The translations under genes and the position numbers were made by a program. A DNA stretch of 30,193 nt from Salpingoeca rosetta (lineage: Eukaryota > Protista > Choanoflagellata). The stretch covers positions 1,500,950 through 1,531,142 of the forward strand of contig JAWQFM010000015.1 in the NCBI GenBank assembly GCA_033442325.1. Reading direction: 5' to 3'. This document shows positions 1 through 9,413 of the stretch, piece after piece (the first letter of the stretch is position 1; each line of letters begins with the position of its first letter). The notes beneath the pieces were generated by a model that worked only from the letters and a program-made list of their open reading frames with translations, did no database searches and had not been told where the DNA came from.

Positions 1-851
1 ACTACGACAGAGCCATCCACTTCCACGAGAAGGACCTCGCCATCACGGTGGAAGCGTTGGGCGAGAAGCACCCGAGCGTAGCCACGTCGTACTTCAACAT
101 CGGCCTGCTCTATGACAAGCGCGGTGACAAGGAGCAGGCCTGCGCGTACATGCAGCAGGCGCTCGACATTTTCACAAGCACGCTCAGGCCAGACCACCCA
201 CACACCCTCAAGGCGGAGCGCAACCTGCGGCGCATTCGCGGTGGTGCTGTGACTAGGCAGCACACATCCACGCAACACGTGTCAGAGTCTCGACTTCAGC
301 AGCAACACGTGCTTGCTCATCGCAACCTTCTTCTTCGGTTCATCTCTTCTGCTGTCGTGTACCAGGCGTTTGCTCCACAACGCAACCTGCTCATGCGATT
401 TCCCGGTGCAGTTGCACATGCTGACGTTGACGCAAGACGCCCAGCAAACACAGGCAGCGACGGTGAGGACAAGAAGACAGGGACTGGGCGAGATGCTCCT
501 CGTGGCTGCTCAGCACCAGCAAGAGCGTTGTACAAGGACGCTTGCGAGTGCCCGAGTGAGCCTCCGGCCGGTTGGTTGCGGAAGCGTGGGCGACGGAGGG
601 CCGCCTTTCGCCCGTGCTGGTGCAGGCTTGACGACGACGGCCACCTCGCGTACGGCAAGTCCGCGTCAGGCACGGCCAAGCGACGCATCCCCCTGTCCAG
701 CGTGCTGTCAGCTGAGCTCGCCCATGGTGGCGAGGAGTTACACGTTGCTGTTTCTGGCCGCACCTTCGTCTTCCGCCTGGACGCGCGCTCTGACACCTCG
801 CTCGCTGACTGGTGCACCGCCATCAACAGCCGCATCAACGTTACCACTTGA
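1..851 (+). CDS. TPR-repeat protein (kinesin-light-chain-like TPR_12 repeats), 5'-truncated, with C-terminal PH domain
   Basis: Frame from nt 3 reads YDRAIHFHEKDLAITVEALGEKHPSVATSYFNIGLLYDKRGDKEQACAYMQQALDIFTSTLRPDHPHT, the 42-aa 'LGxxHPxVAxSYxNIG' TPR type. Nt ~561-848 read AGWLRKRG...FRPCWCRL...LAYGK...IPLSSV...GRTFVFRL...DWCTAIN, a PH consensus including the terminal Trp helix. Part of 241-411 may be an intron. Confidence 0.85.
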   Translation, partial: YDRAIHFHEKDLAITVEALGEKHPSVATSYFNIGLLYDKRGDKEQACAYMQQALDIFTSTLRPDHPHTLKAERNLRRIRGGAVTRQHTSTQHVSESRLQQQHVLAHRNLLLRFISSAVVYQAFAPQRNLLMRFPGAVAHADVDARRPANTGSDGEDKKTGTGRDAPRGCSAPARALYKDACECPSEPPAGWLRKRGRRRAAFRPCWCRLDDDGHLAYGKSASGTAKRRIPLSSVLSAELAHGGEELHVAVSGRTFVFRLDARSDTSLADWCTAINSRINVTT

Positions 852-1084
852 CTGTGTGCTCTGTGCGTGTGTGTGTGTGTGTGTGCTTGCTGGTTGGTCT
901 CTTTGCTCGTTTGCTCCTGCTCTTTCCTCCACGTGCTTGCCTTACTTTGCTTGCGTTTACTTGCTTGACGTTGCTTGTTTGATACTTTAGTAAACTCTTC
1001 ACACAATCCAACCGGCTGACAAGCAACGAGCATACAACCTACCACACCACATGTCAACCAAACACTGGCTACCAAACAGGTCCT

Positions 1085-1790
1085 ATTTCACCCCCACATC
1101 CACGCCCACAACGCCCGCCTTGCGCATCAGCAGCTCCAGGGCGCGGCCGGTGGAAAAGTAGTTCCATCAGCACGGGAACGTGCGGCGGTATCGACAGCGG
1201 GTTCAGTTGCCCAGCGTGCACGGCGCCCAGCAGCCTTGTCGGAGCGCTGGATCGCCAGCCTGGACTCGTTGTCCGTCCGCGACCGTGCGGAACAGCACGT
1301 CGTCGCTGCAGGCCCACGCCAGTCGGGGATGCGCCCAACTCTCGTGTTGCACCTCTGCCGCCGTCTCCGTCCTCCGGGTTCAGGTTGTCCGTCCCCAGCG
1401 ACAGGTTCCACCATACAAAGGGCTGCAGCGACATCAGGAACAAGAAGACGTCCGCGTCCCGGCAGCGTGCTCCCGCAGTCTTGTCTCCTCGTCGGTCTGG
1501 CTGCGCATCATGCCGGAAAACTCGGCGGCAATCCCCGCCAGCAGCTGCAGCTTCGTCTCGAACGGCGCCTGCAGCGTCTTCTCGCTGACGACCATGTGCG
1601 TGTCCTTGTCCACCTCGCGCGCGCGCGTGTACTCAGGCGAGAAGTTAGAGCACGTCTCCCGCGTGTGGGGCACACCCGTCCGTCCGCGCAAACCACAATC
1701 GTGTTGACGGTGTTGTCGTGCTGGAACGTGCGCTTGGGGGTCTCGGCGGCCAACACACGGGTACGTCGGGGTCGGCGAGCGACCTGAAGC
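1085..1790 (-). pseudogene. Degraded coding remnant of unidentified gene
   Basis: GC-rich, microsatellite-free sequence in which protein-like segments switch frames (RVLAAETPKRTFQHDNTVNTIVVCADG / NFSPEYTRAREVDKDTHMVVSEKTLQAPFETKLQLLAGIAAEFSGMM / FLFLMSLQPFVWWNLSLGTDNLNPE / ALELLMRKAGVVGVDVGVK*). No family recognised. Confidence 0.4.
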
Positions 1791-2189
1791 CAAGCGGCCG
1801 TGGCGGCGGCGGCTCGATGGTGAGCCCACCATCCCCGTTCACGCATCCCGACAGACGTGCTTGCTCTTGGTAGCTGCTGGAGCTGGCGGTGGGGGGAGGA
1901 AACGACGCCACGACAGACGGACAAATGACTGGGCGTGGATGTGGAGACGTTGTGGCAACGGAGCATGCTGGCTGAACGCACTTGTCGACATAGATGAGCT
2001 GCAATGTTTGCAAAAGCGAGGAGAGATGGTTGCCTGTTGGACAGGCGAGGAGACGGGTGAGTGGTGGATGAGGAGGAGCACGACTAGTCCACACGGGACC
2101 TCAGGTGAACCGCAAACAAAGGTGCAGACAAGGGCGCAAACGCACGCACGCATGAACGCACGCACCGTCGATGGAGATGCCTGCGTCGT

Positions 2190-2416
2190 TGGCAAGAGCG
2201 AGCCAGGTGTGGGTGATGGTGGTGGCGGCGATGGTGCCGATGCGTTTCAGCTCATCATTCGATTGAGACAGCTGCCGTACACCCAGTGCAATGCAGAAGG
2301 GATTGTGGTAGTGTTGGTGGTGGTAGTGAAACGGGTGAGAGACACTCTTCATGGAAGGACATGATGTTGTCCAACACGCCTTCCCCAACGCACAAGTTCA
2401 TGCACACACACACTCA

Positions 2417-2471
<55 letters not shown>

Positions 2472-2785
2472 TCACACACCATCCTCCTTCTCGTGGTCAA
2501 TGAGGCCTGCGGCGGGGATGCGCTGGCGGTCAAACGTGAGCGTGGTCAGGACACGGAAGAGCTGCCAGATGTGGATGAAGTGCAGGTTGCTCAGGCAGTC
2601 CAGGATGCCGTTCAGCATTAGCACGCGAACGGGTGCAGCAGCTTCGGGTGGTCTGTGGCCAGCGACAGTAGCAGCACAGACATGGCTGCGTCCACCTCCT
2701 GTGCCTGCCCCGTGCCAATGTGCGCCACCAGCGCCCCGACCACCTCCTGCCGTGCACTCGCGGTCAGAGTCGAGCGTAGGCGCCT
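2190..2785 (-). pseudogene. FANCD2: FANCD2 internal fragment, frameshifted
   Basis: [28 protein letters not shown]...[frameshift ~2618]MLNGILDCLSNLHFIHIWQLFRVLTTLTF, then QLSQSNDELKRIGTIAA at ~2274-2225. This matches my recollection of human FANCD2 ([28 protein letters not shown]...VKGILDYLDN...IRKLFYVLSTLAF...RKQLSSTVFKYKLIGIIGA). Confidence 0.75.
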
Positions 2786-2789
2786 GGCT

Positions 2790-4350
2790 TCTGGAAGGTG
2801 CAAAACTTGCACCTGCTCACGGTCGAGCGTGGAAATGTACCCCCAGGCAGCGTAAGACGACACGGGCACGCACGTGTCCTGGACGCACTTGCGGCAGAGG
2901 CGGTCGTGCTGGCGCGTGGGCTCGCAAAGCAAATCTCTTCCTCATCCGGACCGCACTGCGTGACGGGGCAGCATGACTCGGCCTGGCGGTCGACGGGCTT
3001 GAAGGTGGCGCTAAGCTCGCACTGGCTGCACACGCAGGTCGCTGGTAGGGGGTGGGCTTGGCCGTCTCCTCCTCGCCGGCGTCGCACGTGGTGATGGGAA
3101 AGCGAGCACGCCCTGGCCAGAGACAGCCTTGTACGTGCCCTCCAGGACACTCGTCGCAGACACGGTCGCTGATGAGGAGGGTCATGGCCTGCACCTCCTC
3201 AAACCCGGGCGCGCACTCTGTGACATCGTGGAACGGGGTGGGTGGCAGGGTCGCTGTCGTGGTCGTGGGTGCCTGCGCGGCAGGTGAAGCTGGAGCAGGA
3301 GCCGTGGGAGCCCGCCTCCGTGTAGTGGCCAGCGGGGCACACTTGGCTGGCAACCCGTGGAACCGTCGCTGTCCAAGTCGATGGTGCGGGCCGAGCAGTC
3401 GTGGCACACGCGGTCCGAGGAGCGGGTTGGCGCGGCGACCTCTTCCTGGCCGAGCTCGCACTCCTCAATGGGCTCGTACTTGCTGCCGCCAACGGATGGG
3501 GAGAACTCCGTCACGCCGTCGCATGGCCGACAGTCGGCTGAGTCGGCGTCGTAGACAAGGATGAAGCCAGCGCTGCACTCGCACGTGTCTGTGCAGCCTG
3601 GGCAGGAGCGGCGTGCCGCGTAGGCGTCCATCTGGCGAATGGTGGCGTGGATGCCATCCTCGCCCGGGCCGGAGCAGCACACGTCAAGCACCACGTCGAG
3701 CTGCTCGTCCGTGGGCCAGGCGCACACCATCTCCTCAAACAGTTGCGTGATGAGCTTGTTGCAGGCGAGCGTGTCACAGGAGCACATGCGGTCCGTGGTG
3801 AGCGTGGGCGGGATGGTCTCGATGAAGGGCTCCTCGCACATGCTGGTGGGAAGCACGAAGTGTGGTCCGGCAGCGGCTGGTACTCTATGCCAAAGGGTGC
3901 AGCTCACGCACATGCGGTGGTCGCGCACGGCGTTGCCAGAGACAGACTTCTTCTGGCCCGGCTTGCACTCCGTCCAGGGAGAGCAGACGGCGTCGGAGGA
4001 CGCGGAGCATGGGGGTGGAGGCCCAGGTGCCCATGCCACACGTGGTACATGGCACACAGCCGTGGTCCTTGGCGTAGTAGTTGAGAGGGCAATGGGGTAA
4101 TGCACGACTGAGGAGGTTGCCGTCGCAGCGGAGGCAGTTGGTGGCGTTTGGTGGGGTGGCATTCGGCACACGCAGAGTGTCATTCAGCACACCCGTTGCC
4201 GAGCTCATACTCACCATCGGGATACTCGCTGATGCAGGGGCCGTTACTGGAGGTGAGAGTGTAAAGGTGGTGCACTCCTCGATGCCTGGAGGGGAGGGTG
4301 TGAGAGTGGAGGAGAGGATGGCATGAGAGGCAATGACAACATCGTTGTGA
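2790..4350 (-). pseudogene. Cys-rich surface-protein ectodomain fragment (furin-like repeats followed by TNFR-like 'PTxxSDRVC' repeats), multiply frameshifted
   Basis: Furin-like segment GPCISEYPDGEYELGNGCAE*HSACAEC (in-frame TGA at 4180-4182 where Cys is expected) and NATNCLRCDG...CPLNYYAKDHGCVPCTTC. Repeats PPTLTTDRMC, APTRSSDRVC, LISDRVCDECPGG, EPTRQHDRLC and CPAGHYTEAGSHGSC are spread over all three frames. Confidence 0.75.
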
Positions 4351-4453
4351 GTATTGAGGAACCGTGGACTGCTTCATCTTCTCAAGGTCACAGCACTCAT
4401 ATGAGGCTTTGAGGACAAGCACGCACACACACACACAGACACACACACACACA

Positions 4454-4492
<39 letters not shown>

Positions 4493-4523
4493 ACACACAC
4501 ACAGCCAACATTGGTCGACATAC

Positions 4524-6806
4524 CATTGGCTCGTGATGAAGCTATCCTTGAGGACCCGCCGCACGGTGTTGTTGTGCACCGTGTCGATTGTCGTGCGGTT
4601 GTGCTTTACAGTCTGCTCCAAGTTACCGTTTGTGGTGAAGCATGTTTCCCAGAGTTCCATATCCGCGCCGCCGTTCAGCGTTTTCGCGACAGCTCGACGG
4701 GAGTCACGGGCGTACTTGTTGGCACTGACCATGTTTGCAAATCGCACCGCAGTCTGTTCCAATCGTCACCGTGTCACGCTTCCACTGCCCGCGCACGACG
4801 TCGTTGAGCAGTATGCTGTTCGCACACGAGGGCACGCCGTTGATGCTGGCGTACGAGCACATGGCAGCGAGTGCCCGCGCTTGTACTGCACATGAGACAC
4901 GTGGCAGAGGGGAGCGGGATTAAGATGAGAGGAAGTGGGAGGTGAGACAATGGCGCAAGCATGGTGGCGTGGACGAACTAACAAGAATTGTTGATTGGAG
5001 ATACACGAGCTGACACAGACAGACAGACAGACAGACACACACACAGACACACACACATGCACACCTCGGTGTCCCAGAGGTCAAAGGTGGAGATGTTCCC
5101 GTTGAATGCCATGCGGTTTGTCTCGACTGAGTGCGCGTCAACGTGCCTGAGACCTAAACGCGATGGTGCGGTGACAGCAGTGTAAATGCCACGTCCACCA
5201 CCAAGTGTGCAAATGAGGCAGCGTCGCTGACACGGTTGTGGGCGTTTGCATACACACATGTGTGAGGTTGGATGCGTGTGCGTACCTGCTGCCATTTTCT
5301 TGTACTTCTTGTCTGGGCCATCCTGGCAGCCCGCCACGTAAGCAGCAGCGTACTCGCCGCTCAAGAAGGGGTCTCAGAGATTGAGAGGGGTGCAGTGAAG
5401 GTGAGGAGGTGGGCCTGCAAAGTGAGCGAGTGAGTGAGTGGGTGTGAAGGGGTAGGTGGCATGCGGGCGACTGTTGTAGAGTGATCGCATGTGTGTGTGT
5501 GTGTGTGTGTGTGTGATATGCACCAGCATCAGCAACACGTGATGAAGGGGGCACCTGTGAGTCCGATCTTCTGCAAGACGCCACCGCCCCTGTGCCAGTT
5601 GAGATTGTTGAAGGTGCGCATCTCCGTGGATATGGCCTGGAAGCGAAGAACCGGTGGTGGGGGACGAGGAGGGAGGGAATGAGCGACAGGTGCTTTGATC
5701 AAGAAGAAACCGACATAGCAGACGCAGACACACACACACACACGCACACACACACAAACACACACACACACACACACACACACTCGCCACAAGCAGCGGT
5801 TGAAGGCTGCGCCAAGACCTGTGGGCCTCAATGAACGTCGTGGCACACTTGTCCTGGCTAATGATGCACGCAGAGCCAACGGCCGTGTTCATCTCCGCCA
5901 GATGCAGACACGGCGGGATGTCGAGCCTGCGACCCACACGCACACACACACACACACACACGCATATGAGCATGAAGAAGGAGGTGGTGTTGTTGTGTGA
6001 GTGGTGGTGGTGGTTGATGTCGCTGTGGCACGAAGAAGCGGGGAGGATGGGGAAACACAAGCAGACAGAGTCACGAGTCACTGCGTGGGCGCTGCATGTC
6101 CTTTCCCACCTCTTGACGCCATAGTCAACAACAGCGCATGGGCTGGTGACGGGATCAGGGCCAATGAGACCGGCCTTCTCCTGAAGACTGAGGCGTCCAA
6201 TGAGGTCGTCGAGGCGGGCACAGATGGACAGACTCGAGTTGCAGACCGGCAACTCCTTCGTCGCTGCAGACAGGCACACATGGCCTGACAAGGCAAGGTG
6301 CAACATCAGTCACGTATCTACGTATGAGCTGAGAGAGAGAGAGTGTGTGTGTGTTGTGTGGGTGTGTGTGTTGGAATCACCTGTTGGGAACGGGTTTGCC
6401 GGAACAGTTTGCCCGGATGATGTTCATGCGATTGGCTGCTCCGCACCTCTCGGTGGACGCTCCCGTGCACGGCTCGTTGCAGTCGGAGGAAGGCTACGCA
6501 TGTGTGCGTGTGTGTGTGTGGGGGGGGGGGGGGGGGAGTGCGTGGTCGCATACACTACTGCACACACACAGACACACACACAGGCCCCCCCCCCGACACC
6601 CACCCCGACACACACACACACACACACACACACCGCCGAAACTGCGCGGGGGAATTCAGCTTGGGTGCCGCAAAAACATTGGTAGCCGTACTCCACGGCG
6701 CTTGAGGGGAAAAGTTTAAGGGGTAGCAGAGCGTGGCACACGCCTCACGCGTCATGGACGCCTGCGCCATGTTACCCGCACACGCAAATGTGCGATTGTC
6801 AACGCG
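4524..6806 (-). pseudogene. WSC domain + glycoside hydrolase family 3 (beta-xylosidase-like) N-terminal domain; spliced and disrupted
   Basis: WSC segments MTREACATLC..AVEYGYQCFCG (6640-6800) and CNEPCTGASTERCGAANRMNII (6380-6495). GH3 exons: CNSSLSICARLDDLIGRLSLQEK (6110-6290), TGLGAAFN (5790-5925), AISTEMRTFNN (5555-5637), DPFLSGEYAAAYVAGCQ (5286-5373), VETNRMAFNGNISTFDLWDT (5065-5150), MCSYASINGVPSCAN...QW...TDCGAI (nucleophile Asp motif), then a +1 frameshift at ~4740 into ANMV...LNGGADMEL. No C-terminal GH3 domain; no DPRWGR exon found. Confidence 0.85.
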
Positions 6807-6919
6807 GTGTGTGCCAGTGTGTGTGTGGGGGGGGGGAAAAAGTGTTAATAGGTGAGCGCCCCGATGGGAACAGGGGATGGGCCACGCCAAGTTCGGTTTC
6901 TCACACACACACACACACA

Positions 6920-7019
6920 NNNNNNNNNNNNNNNNNNNNNNNNNNNNNNNNNNNNNNNNNNNNNNNNNNNNNNNNNNNNNNNNNNNNNNNNNNNNNNNNN
7001 NNNNNNNNNNNNNNNNNNN
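6920..7019. other. Assembly gap (100 N)
   Basis: N run. Confidence 1.
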
Positions 7020-8051
7020 TTGTGCTGAGTCAGCACTTTCTTCTTTGTTGTTGAAAAGGGGTACACTGTTGTGTGATGGAAGGCAGACGCACAGACACGC
7101 ACAGACACGCACAAGCATGCACATGCACGCACACGCAGGGGCGAACGGCTTGATGGAGCAGTGCTCTGCGTGGAGGAACGAAAGGGAAGGGGGGTACCAA
7201 CTGCTGTGCTGCTTGCGACCGGGACAAAAGCACGACAAGTGCACGGCAAGCCAGCCAGCAAGCAGGCAGTGAACAGCCACAAACAGGTCTCCTTCTTGGC
7301 CCGTTTGCATACACATGTGTGACACGCGCCACAAACACTGTCAGCCCACCGTCTGGCAACAGCATCCAAGATGCACTCGGCAAGGGCACTGGCAACTTGC
7401 GATTGGTGATTGTGGCGTCGTCGCCAGCAACGGCCTCAGCTACAGCATCCCTCCCTTTGATGCAACTCCCACCACCTCTGTGCTCATCATCAGCCCATCA
7501 TCAACAACAGCAGCAGCAGTGACAGCAGCAGTGACAGCAACAGTGGATGACACGACCACCATCAACAGTCTGCAAGCCATGTGGGCACTGCAGGCGGCGT
7601 GTGCTGTGGCTCACAGCACCCTCCTCTACGGATGTGACCACTGATCGCAGGACGAACACAGCAGACACAAGCACGCTTGGTGGGCTGCTACACGGCGGAT
7701 GCAAGTGGATCAGCGGCGTGGCTGCGGACAATAGCCTTTTCCTGTCACGGCATTCCATGCAACTCGCCATCCATCCTCATCGTCGATTCAGCCGCAAATG
7801 CGGTGGCCACAACCATGCTGTCCGTTCCAGATGTGGTATGGTGGTGTGTGTTGGCTGGCAACGACCTGCTGTGTCGCATGCCCTGGCTCGTCCATCACCT
7901 GCTCCTCGTCAATCCACGATGCTGACACAGGTTGGTGTGTGATTGTGTGTTGGAACAAAAGTGCATATGGGGTTGGCACGCACCATGTGCGACTGCTGAT
8001 GCTTACACGCTTCACCAATCCTGTCTATTCCATCTCATCACACCACTTCAG

Positions 8052-8799
8052 TGAATTCCACCACCGTGACGGCCTCGATGTGTCCATGCCACTCTTCTCC
8101 ATGGTGACATTCATTCATTCACACCGGAGCGACGCTTTCCGCCCGCACACAGAAAGTACCTCGTCACCTTCAGGTATGTGCATGCATGCGTGCGTGTTGT
8201 GACGTGGTGCGATGTGAGGTTCGATGTTCACTGCTGCTGCTGCGAGTTTTGAGGGGTTGGTGTCGCTCACTGCACCACCGCTCGCGCTTCTTGTGTCGCT
8301 GCAATCTCACTCCAAACCTGTCATGGTGCCACTGCTTGACGTGTGTCTTCTTTCCCTGTTGTGCAGACGCACTACCAAGTCTGCTCATTCTCATGCCATG
8401 CTCAACCACCTCCCCAAGCTTCACAACGACAGGTGTGGTGTGCTGCGCTGTGATGTGTTGTGTGTTATCGTGTTCCGTGTGTGTCTCGTGCGTTGCCTCG
8501 GATTCAACTGGCGTTGGTGCTATGTGTGTATCTGTCTGGAACCACCTCACACATACACACACACACACACATCGTCTCTTTGTACGTTTGCTTGTGTATG
8601 CGCAGGGACATTGTGTTGGTGTGCGCCTGCCGGTGGTTTGGCGAAGAGCGCATGGGCCGAGAGGGGAAGGTTGGATATGACCCGTCGTGCAAGCAGGCAG
8701 AGGAAGAGTTCAACAAGTACACGTACACAGAGCTGGCGCTGGAGACCAAGTTTGGGCTCATCGTGGAAGGATTTGGCTACCACTCCTTCAGGTGTGTGT

Positions 8800-8884
<85 letters not shown>

Positions 8885-9029
8885 GCAGACGATTTCGGTC
8901 CTGTTTGTGCTCTCACCCACCTTCCATCTCCTGTCACCCCCTTTCATGCCTCATAGATCATGGCTGCGGGTACCATCCCCGTCATTGTCGTCGATCACTA
9001 CGTGCTGGTGCGTATGGATGAATGACACT

Positions 9030-9122
<93 letters not shown>

Positions 9123-9236
9123 GGGAGATGTACCCCTCCCGTCGTTCATGGTGCTGTGACGTGATGTTCTGGTGTTTGCTTTTTACATGCTTGCAGCCCT
9201 ACCAGGACCTGCTGGACTGGGAGACGTTCATCATCC
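8052..9236 (+). pseudogene. Exostosin-family (GT47, EXT1/EXT2-like) glycosyltransferase fragment, probably disrupted; runs into gap
   Basis: Exons 8052-8173 (DGLDVSMPLF, frameshift, RKYLVTFR), 8367-8432 (NHLPKLHNDR), 8606-8791 (DIVLVCAC...YTYTELALETKFGLIVEGFGYHSFR), 8957-9007 (IMAAGTIPVIVVDHYVL) and 9197-9236 (PYQDLLDWETF), matching the EXT motif 'F.L...G....SFR..E...AGCVPV......LPF...I.W'. There is a phase mismatch between 8791 and 8957. Confidence 0.75.
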
Positions 9237-9413
9237 NNNNNNNNNNNNNNNNNNNNNNNNNNNNNNNNNNNNNNNNNNNNNNNNNNNNNNNNNNNNNNNN
9301 NNNNNNNNNNNNNNNNNNNNNNNNNNNNNNNNNNNNNNNNNNNNNNNNNNNNNNNNNNNNNNNNNNNNNNNNNNNNNNNNNNNNNNNNNNNNNNNNNNNN
9401 NNNNNNNNNNNNN
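9237..9413. other. Assembly gap
   Basis: N run. Confidence 1.

Noticed and set aside
960-1070. Possible Helitron 3' end of the fragment chain
   Set aside because: No convincing GC-rich hairpin followed by CTRR could be identified by eye.
1920-2060. Possible further FANCD2 exon (LSSLLQTLQLIYVDKC)
   Set aside because: Similarity is too weak to support without an alignment.
7330-7930. Possible 5' exons of the WSC-GH3 gene (minus) or exostosin gene (plus)
   Set aside because: Only hints (VHLGC; HHLLL/IHDAD), with no consistent frame or splice structure.
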